From the human T2T-CHM13v2.0 reference genome, Homo sapiens: DNA of 64,000 nt. The stretch's first letter is position 1; every line of letters starts with the position of its first letter. Position numbers and translations under genes: made by a program. Shown here in pieces: positions 12,909 through 30,779 of the stretch. The stretch is taken from the NCBI RefSeq assembly GCF_009914755.1, contig NC_060931.1; one strand, written 5' to 3'. The notes under the pieces were generated by a model, which did not search any database, was not told where the DNA came from, and saw nothing but the letters and a program-made list of their open reading frames with translations.

Positions 12909-13180
12909 GGCTGGGTACGGTGGCTCACTCCTGTAATCCCAGCACTTTGGGAGGCTGAGGCAGGTGGATCACTTGAGGCCAGAAGTGTGAGACCAGCCTG
13001 GCCAACGTGGTGAAACCCTGTCTGTACTAAAAATACAAAAATTATTTGTATTTTTGTGATGGTGGGCGCCTGTAGTCCCAGCTACTTGGGAGGCTGAGAA
13101 TCACTGGAACCCAGGAGGTGGAGGTTGCAGTGAGATCGCGCCACTGCATTCCAGCCCAGGCAACAGAGCAGGAAAATGAA
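12909..13180 (+). mobile_element. Alu SINE with an altered linker
   Basis: GGCTGGGTACGGTGGCTCAC start; dimer with a small right-arm deletion. Confidence 0.85.
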
Positions 13181-14194
13181 AAAGGGAAAGGTTTTCCTAA
13201 ACTTATTACTAAGAGACCAGGTTTGCAGAGAACCAGGCTCCTGGAACGCAGGAGGCAACAGTTTGGATGTCCCGGGAGCAGCAGGTGGAGCATCTGGGGA
13301 ATCCAGAAATCCACAGCAGGCAGCCTGCCAGGCATCTCCAGAAGAGGGACCAGGAAGCCTTTTGTTCAAGAAAGGATTCCAGTCTAGAAGGCTGGTGAGC
13401 TCCCGAGAGCTAAAGGCTCCCTTGCTGTGTCTAGTGAAAGGAGGACAAGAAACATGGTAGGAGCTCTTGGGGAAGGGCCTGGTTTCTCTGAAGTCAAGAA
13501 ACACAAAGAGAAAGAGGCTCCAAGGTCTAAGCAAGGCCCAGAGGATCAAGCAGAGCTTCCTAGAGCTGGTGAAAGGGCTCAGGTGGGGTTCTGAGGCCCA
13601 GTGAGGTGACACTGGCCTCTGGGAAGGGCCAGCACAGGCAAGGACTCCAGCGGGAAAACTGACAGGGCAGAACTACCAAGTCCTTGGCCAAGCCTCTGGT
13701 TCGAATGGTGGCAAGTGGGCTGTGGATGAGGTCAGGGAGGATGTAAGAGGAGGCGCTGGCACTGACATGGCTGCCCAGGGGTGAGCCCAGAAGCCATGGG
13801 AGTCTGGAGAGGATGAGAGGAAGAGATGCAGGGCTGGGCGTGACAGCACCACCCTTCATCCGCTCCAGCTCTGCCCATCCAGGTGTAAGCTCTGGGGCAG
13901 GGGATTACCTGCTCTAGGCTTCCTTTTCCTCAACTGTGAAATGGGGTGACAGTGGAAAGACCTCAGAGTTACTGTGAAGGTATTTAGTTTTAATCCCCAG
14001 TAACAGCCTGAAGAATGGCTCCTGCCTTAAAGAGAGGGAACAGGATGGCTTTTTTAAGTGGTGCATCTCTGTGCTATCTACCATTCCAGATACTGCCTGT
14101 ACCGTACACCCTCCTCAGACAGATGCTGCTATCCTCTTTGAGAAACAGGAGAATTAAGGCACAGAGAGGCAGAACCTGCCCATTACCATCACTT

Positions 14195-14445
14195 GTGCAC
14201 TCATTCATTTAACAGACATTTATTAAGCGTCTACAATGTGCCAGGCCCTGGGGACACAGAGCTGGAGAATGTACAGTCCCTGCCCTCAAGGAGCTCACAG
14301 TCTGGGGGGACAGACATGTAAACACATGAGTTACAACGCGCTGCGTGAAGTGTGTGGCAGAGGTATAACAAAGTGCTGTGGGGCACAACAGAGCGACCAG
14401 TGAACTCTTCCTGGGCAGGGGTCAGGGAAGCCTTCACAGATCAGT
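14195..14445 (-). mobile_element. L2 LINE 3' end fragment
   Basis: Plus-strand tcattcatttaacagacatttattaagcgtctacaatgtgccaggc...ccctgccctcaaggagctcacagtct is the typical reverse complement of the L2 3' end. Confidence 0.75.
14219..14224 (-). terminator. URGCP: Probable URGCP polyadenylation signal AATAAA
   Basis: Canonical AATAAA on the minus strand ~740 nt after the stop; no closer one was noticed. Confidence 0.7.
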
Positions 14446-14959
14446 CAATAAATACGGTGCCATGGGAGTGCCTTGCACACCACGGGCACTCACATCTTGA
14501 ATGCTGGTCCACTGGAGGCCCTTGGGTTGGGCGGGAGCAAGGCCTACTTCTGCTTCCTCAGGACAACTTCCCCACCTCTGTCCTGGGACCACCTGCCCGC
14601 CTGGGCCTGCAGTGACTAAGGACGCTGCTCCCACTCCAGGGGCCAGTGACAGAGAGCAGCTATACAGAGGGCCCACCCCGCAGGATCCTTGACAGGAGCT
14701 GAGACAGAACAAACTGCTGCTTGTCTCCCTACCCTGGGGGCTGTGATATTCTTGGTAACATCTCTGAGCTGGTCTGTGAGGTCACTTCCTCTTTTAACAC
14801 TGTTGAGGAGACTCCAAACCCTCTGTCTTTTGCTCGTCTTCTCATGTCGATTGGGCACCAGCCATTCTCAGGCACCAGAGCACAGCCCCACACGGGTGCC
14901 CCATCAGACAGGGCTGCCCACAGCAGCCTCCTACACCTGAACTGGGTTTCTCTGCACAC

Positions 14960-17553
14960 TCACAGCCGTCTCACCAGCTCAATGAGCTGCTGGATGTTTT
15001 TGTTTTGGTTCGACAAGCCGTTCCTGATGTTTTCGAGTAGGCATCTCTTCAATTCAAATATGGCTTCACTGTAGGCCAAGCTCACTGCGGCCATGGGAGG
15101 TGCTCCGTGCCACAGGCCTGGGATGTGCCAGATGTGCTGCTTCTCAGGGTCGCAGAAGGCCAGGCCTGCCAGTGCCCGGAAGCCGTCGCCCTGTTTCTCC
15201 ATCTGGGCTGCAGCCCTGCTCAGGTCACCAGGTGGATCCAGGAGCTGTCTCTTGTCTCTGGGCCTAGGGCCGGGAACAGATACATCATGAAGGTTCTGGT
15301 ATACAAACTGGTAGTTGGGCATGTGCCCCGTTTTTTCTAACCTCAGAAATGCATGCAGAATAGCTGCTGGAATGTCCTTGGTTTCAGCTAGACTGATCAC
15401 GGTGACATTGCTCAGTCCCAGGAGCAGAGTGGCCAAGGAAGCCTCCAGCTCAAATCTGTCCCCAGCTGACGTCAAGGCCCCACCTATCAAGCCCCCGGAG
15501 TCTATCACCAGGATGTGGTCACAGCCCAGGTCCTGGCTGAAGCCCTCAGCCACTGTGATGAGCTGCATGAAGGCCCCTCGAGGACCGCAGCTCTTCCCTG
15601 TGGCAAACCGCAGCCCAAACATGGTGTTGAGGAGTGTGGACTTGCCCGTGCCTGGCACCCCGACGGTTGACAGAACCACCAGCCTTGACCGTCTCTCCAG
15701 TCGGACATGCAGCTCCTTCAGGAGCCCTGTGACCCAGCGGACGGGCATGCTCAGCGTGCTCCCATCGATTAGCTCCAGAGGCAGCCCTGTCAGCAGCAGC
15801 TCCGAGGCCAAGCCTGGGAAGTGGGCAAAACGCCTCTGGCCTGCCGGCAGCCTCCCTGCCTCCACAAGACAGCTCTCAGCCTCATAAAACTGTCCCATCT
15901 CCCGCAAGAAGTGTTCCACCCCTAGGGGCTCAGGCCAGAGCGGCTCCCCCACGTCTGTGGTGCCCCCGTGCTTTGGTCTCAGGGTGAGAAGCGTCTCCGG
16001 AGGCTGTCTCAGTCGCGGCTGGGCCACCCGTGCCAGGCCCCACTCCATCCACCTCAGGAAGTACTGCTTCTCACTCAAGGAGGGGCTGCTGATCCCCGAG
16101 ATGAACTCCTGCACCCCCGAGGAGGGATCATGGCCGTTCTGCTGCATTCGAAGTTCTAGCAGCCGCCGCCTCAGCTCAGCCCTGTGCTTCTCAGGGGGGT
16201 CCACGGCCCACTGGAGCTGGCAGAACTCCTTCTCCACTTGGGCTGCCTTTCTCCAGGGGTCCCCCTGCAGCCTCAGCTCGTCCCTTCTGTAGGCATCCGA
16301 GTCTTTGATTTTCCTGGTAATCCTCTCCATCCGGTCTTTCGCTTTCTGACACTCCTCACAGTCCTCGTCGACCTTTAGGCCCAGTTTGCGGGCTGCGTGC
16401 GCCATGTCCTCCACAGATACCCGCCTGCAGGGTGCCCGCAGCACATTCCCAACGATGGCCCGGATCCTCTTCACGAAGCTGTCGCTGTCAGTGCTGCTGA
16501 CCTTTACCAGGACATGTGAGTGGTCTATTTTCAGCACAGGAATTAACTTATTCAGAAATCTCAGGTTTGTGTTGCGCTTCCCACGGTAGGGACTCAGGAT
16601 GAAGTAGTATTTTGTGGTTGACTCCTTCATGGAGTACAGCAATTTGTATTCCTTCTTACTGATATTGTCAGTCAATATAAACACAGCGGAGGAGATTTCT
16701 GTCAAGAGCTTAAACTGCAGCCAGTGAGACCCGATGTCACCTCTCAGGTTCAGAAAGGCCACAGGTTCTGGGAAAATGTCCAAGTCCTCCCTTCCGCTGG
16801 GAAAAAACCAGGAAATTTCTACCAACCCATCCGAAATCTCCCGGGCATTGGTGCCCAAGTTGAGGTCCCGATGCCAGAAGCAGTCCCACTGCCTGTGGCC
16901 CGGGCTGAGGACGGCGTTGAGAAGCTGGGACTTGGAGTTGCTACTGACGTCCATGCGCACGAAGGCGAAGGCGGGCGCCCTGGACAAGACCACGCTGTCT
17001 TCCCGGAAGCTCCCCATGCCCCTTGGGGGCTGGGACCACCATGTCCTCACAATGCCCCGCATGGCCCACAGCAGAAATGTATGGTAGTGGTTCTCCGAGT
17101 CAGGCAACACGAGTGGGAGTGCAAACTGGCAGAGGGCCATTTTCAACGCTATTTCTTGTTGCAGGAAACTGTCTGAGGAGAGCAGCAGGGCACAGAGAAG
17201 GTCTAAGGGGTTCACTGGCGTATCAGGGGTGGGCAGCTCAGAAAAGGAATAAATGTCGGCAGCAAGGTCATCAGCTGGGTCCCAGTAGATGATCTCCTCT
17301 TCCATCTGGCTCTCCTTCTCCACAGGCCTGGCGTCTGGGAGCACGTCCAGCACCATAGTGGTATTCCTGGCATCAGCATTGAGGGCCTGCAACTTCCTGA
17401 GGAAATTCCAGGGCAAGTCTTTGGGAACCTGAGGGGCCCAGTTCTTCATACTGTCAAAACTGATCTGCAGAGAGTCCTGGAGGCTGAGTTTCTGGACCTG
17501 GTACGTCTCTAGGCCCAAAAGTGACAGCATTTCTTGAAGCCTGCTTCTCTCCA
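14960..17553 (-). CDS. URGCP: Up-regulator of cell proliferation (URG4), last coding exon (2594 nt), VLIG-type GTPase-like domain
   Basis: Acceptor tttctttccacag|TG GAG; uninterrupted 864-codon frame ending ...ELVRRL-TGA; P-loop GVPGTGKST at 15661-15635. Exons 14+27+71+51+39+2594 = 2796 nt = 931 aa + stop. Confidence 0.97.
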
Positions 17554-18189
17554 CTGTGGAAAGAAATGAAGACATAAGTGCTCACCCTGTGTTTCTGAGC
17601 TAGGGGCCAGGGAAGAGCTGGTGAAGGAGAGCCCAGCAGGATGGGGAGAGTGACGACCCCCTTCAGAGAGCAGAGTGCAGGCACAGGAGGCTCAGGGTGT
17701 GCTCAAGGCTGACCTGAGATCAAGGCAGGGCTGGAACCCGGACATCAAGGTACAATAGGTACCAACCTAACCACAGATATATGTGACATTAAACAAAAGA
17801 AAGAACAGAAATAAATAAGCTACATTTAACAACTGGAAGAGTTCTTGCAAAAGCCATATTTCTGGTCTTTCTAGAAACCTGTAAGATCTAACACTGAGCT
17901 CAAAATTAATTGGCTACAGTGAGCAGCACATGACTCCTACAAGCTGAATGCAGGCCTCATCTCCCCACTGTGTTGCTTCCGTGGGCTACTCAGAGTCACC
18001 GGGAAGTTCCCACAGGAGTCATAATCACTGAATCACTCTCTGGCTTTCTAGTTAATGTTTTTTTGTGTTTTTTTTCTCTCTAGAAATAAGAGAATATTTT
18101 AAAGGAACTAGAAAGAAATCACTAAGCATAAAGAGTCAGCAATTATAGCTAAACAACCATTTTGCAAACCTGAAATCAATAATGCAGGT

Positions 18190-19018
18190 TTTCTTTTTTT
18201 TCTTTCTTTTTTCCTCTCCCCTTTCTTTTTTTTTTAGACAGGGTCTTACTCTGTTACCCAGGCTGTAGTGCAGTGGCATGATTTCAGTTCACTGTAGCCT
18301 CAACCTCCTGGGCTCAAGAGATCCTCCCACCTCTGCCTCCCAAGTAGCTGGAACTACTGGTGTGTGCCACCACACCCAGCTCATCCTTGTATTTTTTTGT
18401 AGAGATGGGTTTTTGCCATGTTGCCCAGGCTGGTCTCGAACCCAGACTCAAGCAATCCACCTGTCTAGCCCTCTCAAAGTGCTGGGATTACAGGTGTGAG
18501 CCATGGTGCCTGGCTTTAATGCAGTTTTAAATTTTAAATGTATTAAAATATTCAGTGCAGACTGTTAGTAAGTGAGCACTTACTTGCGCAGATACTCAAA
18601 TATCACCCTATACAATATAAGATCTTATAAGCTAGATGCTTGAAACAGTATTGCTACCTCTGAAGATTCCATTCACCATCCAGGTCTTGGCCCAGCACCT
18701 TACTAATGTTCATGCTGCATATTAATTAGTTGTCTTAAAATTTGTTGTTGTTTGAGGCAGTGTCTCACTCTGTCACCCAGGCTGGAAGGCAGTGGTGTGA
18801 TCACAGCTTATTGCAGCCTTGATCTCCTAGGCTCAAGAGATCCACTCATCTCAGCTTCTGAGGAGCTGGGACTACAGGTGCACAAGACACTTGGCTAGTT
18901 TTTGTATGTTTTGTAGAGACGGGATTTTGCCATATTGCTCAGGCTGGTCTTGAACTCTCTGGCTCAAATGATCTGCCTGCCTCAGCCTCCCAAAGTGCTG
19001 GATGTGAGGCACCGTGCT
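18190..19018 (-). mobile_element. Two old (AluJ-like) antisense Alus (~18190-18514 and ~18742-19018)
   Basis: Reverse-complement Alu dimers with J-type CCTGGGCTCAAG. Confidence 0.8.
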
Positions 19019-19951
19019 GAGTCACTTTAAATGTTAATGCATGAAGTAAATACAAATTCCACTGCCCTGCAGCCTTTTTTCCAGTTCCTTTCTCGAGAGA
19101 GGAAGCAACGTGTATGATGCTGCTTTGATGCTTAGATAAACCATGAAAGGAAACACTGGGTGACCCAGCCCTCTGCCTGTTTCCCAAGAAGGTCAAGTGA
19201 TGGATTCAAGACCACTTTCCATACGACCAGCAGGACTCACAGTGCTGGACACTCTGCTCAGAGAGTTCCACAGGCATTGTGGCCACAGGACTGCCCCACA
19301 GAACATTAGGGGACCTATGAACTTGTTACAAAAACAAAAGTACTATATGGGAAGAGTCACATTGTGCCAAAACAGGTGTTACTCAGGTTTCCTAGCTTTG
19401 CCTGAATGAAACTAGGAACATTGTTTTTCTTGTCCAGACATGGAATAACTTTTTATTTTTTAAGTAGCATGGTAGTAAAAGGCAATGGGAAAAAGACAAA
19501 GAAAACACTTCTGCCCAGTGTGTGGCCCTTGGCAGGTTGTTTGGAAGCTCTGGGCCCAGTATCCTGATCTGCAAATGAAGGCGTTGGACCAGATAAATCG
19601 TTTCCAAACCGGGCTGTACATTAGAATCAATCACTTCAGGAACTTGTTAAAAAATGAAACATCTCTGGGTTTCACCTCCAAACATGCTAACTTATTAAAG
19701 GCAGTGAGTATGTTGGGTGGTGGAGGGGGGGCCTGGTTACTCTATGTGGTTAGCAAGCTTCCCAGGGTTTTTTTTTTTTTTTTTTTTTAGCAATATGGTT
19801 AACAATGTATAAAGGGTTAATGAAGTAGGGCATCCTAAACCTGAGTGCTCTGCCTCCCCAGGTGATTTGATACAGTCAGGTGTGGGAACTGCTGGCCTAG
19901 ATGATAACCCCCTTTCATAGAACAGAGAGAAAAGGCAGAGAAAATGCTTAC

Positions 19952-19990
19952 CTGTTGGAAAATCATTGTCCTGAGCCTCATTTGTACCAT
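19952..19990 (-). CDS. URGCP: URGCP coding exon 5
   Basis: ttttccatag|AT GGT ACA ... CCA ACA G|gtaagc; DGTNEAQDNDFPT; 39 nt; phase 1-1. Confidence 0.92.
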
Positions 19991-20199
19991 CTATGGAAAA
20001 AGCAATGGAAAATGAAGTGTCAATCAAATAATGCACCCTTGGCTGACACAAATTAATTGAAGCTAAACCTAGAACCCTTCTTTCTCACCAAGATGGCAAC
20101 TTCTCCCAATTGTTCTAAATATAAAATCCCGGTTATCTGTCACTTTACCCACTCCCCCTCTCCCCAGTCCAATCTGTTGCCAAATCCTGTAGTTTCTAC

Positions 20200-20250
20200 C
20201 TCCATAACGGAACTCGCAATCATCTCCTTCCATTTCTCTCCATTCCAAAT
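20200..20250 (-). CDS. URGCP: URGCP coding exon 4
   Basis: ttcttctag|AT TTG GAA ... TAT GGA G|gtagaa; DLEWREMEGDDCEFRYG; 51 nt; phase 1-1. Confidence 0.9.
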
Positions 20251-20324
20251 CTAGAAGAAAAAAGAAACCAAATACATTTAGTTTCATCAGCAAGTTAGAA
20301 CCTTTCTGTCAAAAATTTCAAGTG

Positions 20325-20989
<665 letters not shown>

Positions 20990-21600
20990 CTATGTAAATG
21001 TAATGTTTTGCCAGCAAAAAATACATCACAAGGTAGTAATAGCTACACACAAGACACAGATTTGCTCTAGGATATATCTTTATAGAATTTTCTAAACTTT
21101 GGGAAAATAAAACATGAATAACCATAAAACTTACATAGATTAACCTTTGATTTTAGAAACTATTTAAAATGTAAGTTGACAGAAATTCCTTGACTATTTA
21201 AAAATTCAGCACCTGTCAATGTTATTTTTATTCCAGCATAAGGAATTTTTGTAATCACTTAAAATTGAAATGTACATCAGAGCACAAATACACAGAGGTG
21301 AGGTGCGGGGGGAGAGACAGTGGGGAAGAGTTGTGACTTACAAGTGAACTGTTATTTGTCCAAAGTCTCCAAACATCATGAAATGTCCATCAACATTAAC
21401 ATCTTAATTACAAAATGTGTTTAATGTAGTGCTAGTCAGATATTTATGTATGAACAAAGACCTAAAACTCTAGATTTGCTTGCAAGCACACAATATAAAG
21501 GAGCGAACAGGAGGCTTAGGAAGGAGGGAGCAAGACTTCTCAGTGCATGTTTTGACTATTTTGACTTTGATCCAAGAAAAAGTAACACCTAGGTTCCAAA

Positions 21601-21614
21601 ATTTATATATATAA

Positions 21615-21671
<57 letters not shown>

Positions 21672-21954
21672 TGAGATGGAGTCTTGCTGTGTTGCCCAGA
21701 CTGGAGCGCAGTGGCGCGATCTCAGCTCAGTGCAAGCTCTGCCTCCCGGATTCATGCCATTCTCCTGCCTCAGCCTCCTGAGTAGGTGGGACTACAGGCG
21801 CCCGCCACCACACCCAGCTAATTTTTTTGTATTTTTAGTAGAGACAGGGTTTCACCATGTTAGCCAGGATGGTCTCGATCTCCTGACCTTGTGATCCACC
21901 TGCCTTGGCCTCACAGAGCGCTGGGATTACAGGCGTGAGCCACCTTGCCCGGCC
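21601..21954 (-). mobile_element. AluY-like element with a (TA)n microsatellite in its tail
   Basis: (TA)n and poly-T, then the dimer; ccaaaatttatat repeated on both sides. Confidence 0.88.
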
Positions 21955-22840
21955 CCAAAATTTATATTTTTAAGAGCTTATGAATCAAGATTCGGATATT
22001 TTCAGATTTATGTTTTCTCATGATTTCCATGTAATCAGGTAGATAAACCTAACATTTCAAACCGTCTTCTTTGATGATATCTCTGGGAGATGGACATGTG
22101 AAAAGCAGGAAAGAGAAAAAGAAAATGGGGTCCAGGAAGCATGAGAAGATCAGAGAAGGCACAAGATCCACACACATCAACCACAATGCCAAGCAGTCCA
22201 AAGATTACATTATTCAAGTGAGGAAAAGCCATCAGAACAAATTTTCCAAGGAACCCAAAATGCCCTGTGAGGAGAGAAAATGGTTAGAGAAAAGAATGGG
22301 AAAGTCTAAAGATGCCAGAGATAGGGTTAGGGTGGTTCTGAGAGTAGTTTTAAGCTGGAGTCAGGAGTAACCTCCAGACCCAGAGAAAATAGGGCCTTGC
22401 TTGGTTAGGGGTGGGAAATAGCTCTGATGTGGATTTAATAGGTGGATGAGGTCAAGGATGCACAAAGTAGCCAAAGACTGAGGGTTACCAAACTAAGGAA
22501 ACCACTGACTAGGGTTCGGAGAGAGCCTGATGTTCTGCAGCCATCAGCAGATTGTGGGGCAGGTGGAAGAGGAAGCAGCAGGGCTCCAGGCAAAGACACA
22601 AAACAGCAAACATGGGGGGCCACTGAGGGCTCAGCTCCATGAGCCAACGTCTCCACTATACTTCACATTGGGCAGGAAGTGACCTAAGGATGAGATAAGC
22701 TCTGACTCTGGGAGTACTGGGCTCACACGGAACACAGGGACAGAGGATAGGCCAGGCCCTACCACCATGGTGAGCCCAGGAATAACTGTTATGAGCCCAT
22801 TGTTGGAGAACTCCAAGTAAGGCCATTAAAACCATTTTCA

Positions 22841-25100
<2,260 letters not shown>

Positions 25101-25707
25101 AAAATGAGTTAGTAAGAGAGCTAAAGATATCTGGAGTGTGGCCACCATACCTTAAAGGTGAATTTACAAAGGGTGGCGTTACAGCCCCACCCCCAAATCC
25201 TCAGAGAAAGAAAAACCAGCCTGTATGGACCATAACCAGGAAGACTACAAGCCCCAGTGTGCTCTGGGACAATCCCAATTTATACCTGTTTTCCCAACAT
25301 TACATCCCTTTCACTCTCAGAAGTGCCCACTTTAGAAGATAAACTATACAGTCACCTTAACTATGACCTACAATGGCAGTTATGCTAAAATTGGGGTAAT
25401 GTGTTTCTGTTAAATTGTGTCATAATCACCTGTTTAACTGAATCCTGGGAACACTTACTCCATTTTCTAGAATAAAGTGTTGCCCATAAAAAAAACAAAC
25501 AAAAAACACTATTTTGAATATATGAGGAATGCTTAAAAGACCCTTAGATGGAATCTTCTTGTAAAAGGAAAAATAAAAGCCTTAAACTTATTTATTTTTG
25601 AGATGCACAATCCCAAGTCCAGGAGGGGCTGGAACCCAGAATCCCAAGGGGACAGGAGAAGTACTTCAGCTCCAGAGTGGGCCCACATCCAATTCATCCA
25701 ACTTTAC

Positions 25708-25778
25708 CTGCAATGGCCACAGCTGTTCGTCTCTCTGATGCTTTTATTTCTGGGGCTACTTCTCCCAAATCTGAATGC
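25708..25778 (-). CDS. URGCP: URGCP coding exon 3
   Basis: tgtttcag|G CAT TCA GAT ... ATT GCA G|gtaaag; [23 protein letters not shown]; 71 nt. Confidence 0.92.
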
Positions 25779-25844
25779 CTGAAACAATTTCAGAAGAAAA
25801 TTATAATTAAAAAAATGGAATACCACTTTCACCTATCAAACTGG

Positions 25845-26010
25845 CCGCATATAAAATCTCTTGGAGAGCTTTTAAAAACTATAAACCCTGGGTCACACCC
25901 CAGATCCATGAAACCAGAATCTCTGGGAGCTGGTCCTGGGTATCACTGCTTTTAAAAGTGCCCTCAATGATTCTGATATGCACCCACAGTTGAGAAACAC
26001 TGGTCTAGAA
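25845..26010. mobile_element. MER5A-like hAT DNA transposon inserted in an old L1 fragment
   Basis: cagaatctctggg...ttttaaaagtgccctcaatgattctgatatgcacccacagttgagaaacactggtctag is the MER5 pattern. Confidence 0.65.
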
Positions 26011-26082
26011 AACCAGCACTCTCCAAAACTGCTGGCCAGAGCACAAATACAGTCATTCAGAAAGACAGAAAAATATACATAC

Positions 26083-26109
26083 CCTTTGCCCAGTAATTCC
26101 ACTTCTATC
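26083..26109 (-). CDS. URGCP: URGCP 27-nt cassette micro-exon (exon 2)
   Basis: atttccttag|G ATA GAA GTG GAA TTA CTG GGC AAA GG|gtatgt; IEVELLGKG; phase 2-2, so it can be skipped (931 vs 922 aa). Confidence 0.82.
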
Positions 26110-26511
26110 CTAAGGAAATAATTAAGATTTAGTTACAAAGATGTTGATGCCAGCTTTATATATAATAGCGAAAAACTGATGCCTTTTAAAATCAAAGTGC
26201 AATAACGGAATTATGGTCAAATTCTGCAGCCATTAAAAAATACGCTATGGATTTCTTTTGTGGACAAAAAGATGCTGGATGAGATATTAGGGAAAGCTGT
26301 TATATTAATTAGTCGGGGGAAAGTCAGGCTACAGAAAAGTATGCACAGTATGATTACAATTTAATAAAATTGTGTATGTTTATCTATAGGTATATATACA
26401 GAACTCTAGAAGGATGTTCATCTGAAGTTAACACTGTGGTCTGGAAGGGGTGATCCTGAATTATTTTAAATAGCTATGATAAGTGTAGTCTAATTAAGAA
26501 TAAACTATTTT

Positions 26512-28808
<2,297 letters not shown>

Positions 28809-29662
28809 ATGGAAGCAATTTTTAAAAGGTAAATATTCTCTTGGTATTCAGAATACAGTCAGAACACAGGAAATAGCCAAGGTCCTTAAGCCCCCAGGGT
28901 GTGGTGTCAGACACTGCCTAGGGGCCACCTGCAGCAGCTGCTCACCTTCCCTCCTCTGGGCACTTCCCCACATAGACATCTCTCCAGGGCAGGGGTGACC
29001 TGATCGCCACCCTCAGGGTCCAGGGTGTCCACAGCTCCTTCTCACTAAGTTAGCCAGTGGACGGGCTGGTTTGTTGTCTGGCAGAAAGAATCAAGCCCCT
29101 GACCAACACCAGGGCAGCCATGCCATAAATGGCATGTGGCTGAACCCTACTTCCGGCAGGTCTGCTGATGGCCCATTGCTCATTCTGGAGGCCATCTGTC
29201 TTGCTGACCATCTAGCCACAGAAGACAATGCAGGGTTAACTTTCCTTGTCTTCTCACTTTTCCTTTTTCATTTCCTTCTTTTTTTTCTAACTGCCCAGCA
29301 GAATTATCTTAGGAGCTTTTCTGCTAAAACCTGGAGATTCTGATTTAGCAGACCTGGGTGTTCAGCACATAAGTAATTACCGACTAGGGGAAGTCACACC
29401 TTTGTTTTTCTGCTGACCTACCTCAGAATATGGCACTCCCTGGACAGTCCATCCATGCCTAGAATAGACAGGGCAAACCTCGTGGGCAGAACCCAAGTTT
29501 TGCTCCAGATCAATCACTAATTTCTAGCAACAAAACTGGTTCCTCTGCTGGATGGTGCCCATAAAACAAGATGGCATAGGAAAACAATTCTGAACAAGGT
29601 GAGCACCAGACAAATACAGGTACAATTACTCACTGTATTATAATCAACAATATATTTTTAAA

Positions 29663-30009
29663 TGTGGAGTCCTAATTAGGGAAAAGGAGTCAGGCTGGTG
29701 GGACCAAGGAAAAGCAAAGAGAAAGCACATAAGCTGTAAGTCTGCCTTTCTTCATGGTCCAGGACACATAATCCTCCTGCGTAAATAAGTCACAATCTTC
29801 CTGCGCCCAGCTATCATCAGACCCTCGGCTGATAGAAAAATGCAAATTAGCTCACTGCAACCTTGGCATTATCAGTACTGCACATAGCTCTCTCCAGAAA
29901 ACAGCACGAACACCATCCTATAAAATCCACAGCAAGCCTTTGTCTCCTCACAGTCAGCTCCCTTCTTTCTGACTTGCCCACTGCTTTCTTGCAACGCAAT
30001 TTCATACTT

Positions 30010-30010
<1 letters not shown>
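29663..30010 (+). mobile_element. ERV1 (MER4-group, possibly MER83-like) LTR, truncated by Alus
   Basis: Starts TGTGGAGTCCTAATTAGGGAAAAGGAGTCAGG; has a TATA-like cctataaaa (~29917). Subfamily from memory. Confidence 0.6.
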
Positions 30011-30712
<702 letters not shown>

Positions 30713-30779
30713 CAATTTTTTTTTTTTTAACTCACCAGTTTGTGGTACCTTTGACAGGAACCACAGGAAACTAATACAG

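Noticed and set aside
15093-17292. Plus-strand ORFs of up to 190 aa opposite URGCP
   Set aside because: Antisense shadows of a GC-rich coding exon; no recognisable protein and no promoter or splice support.
17554-17575. ATG at 17575 starting the 871-aa ORF-track call
   Set aside because: It lies in the polypyrimidine tract of the last-exon acceptor; the spliced upstream exons give the proper N-terminus.
25140-25290. Strong minus-strand donor-like AG|GTATGG at ~25151
   Set aside because: No convincing polypyrimidine acceptor upstream; an exon cannot be supported.
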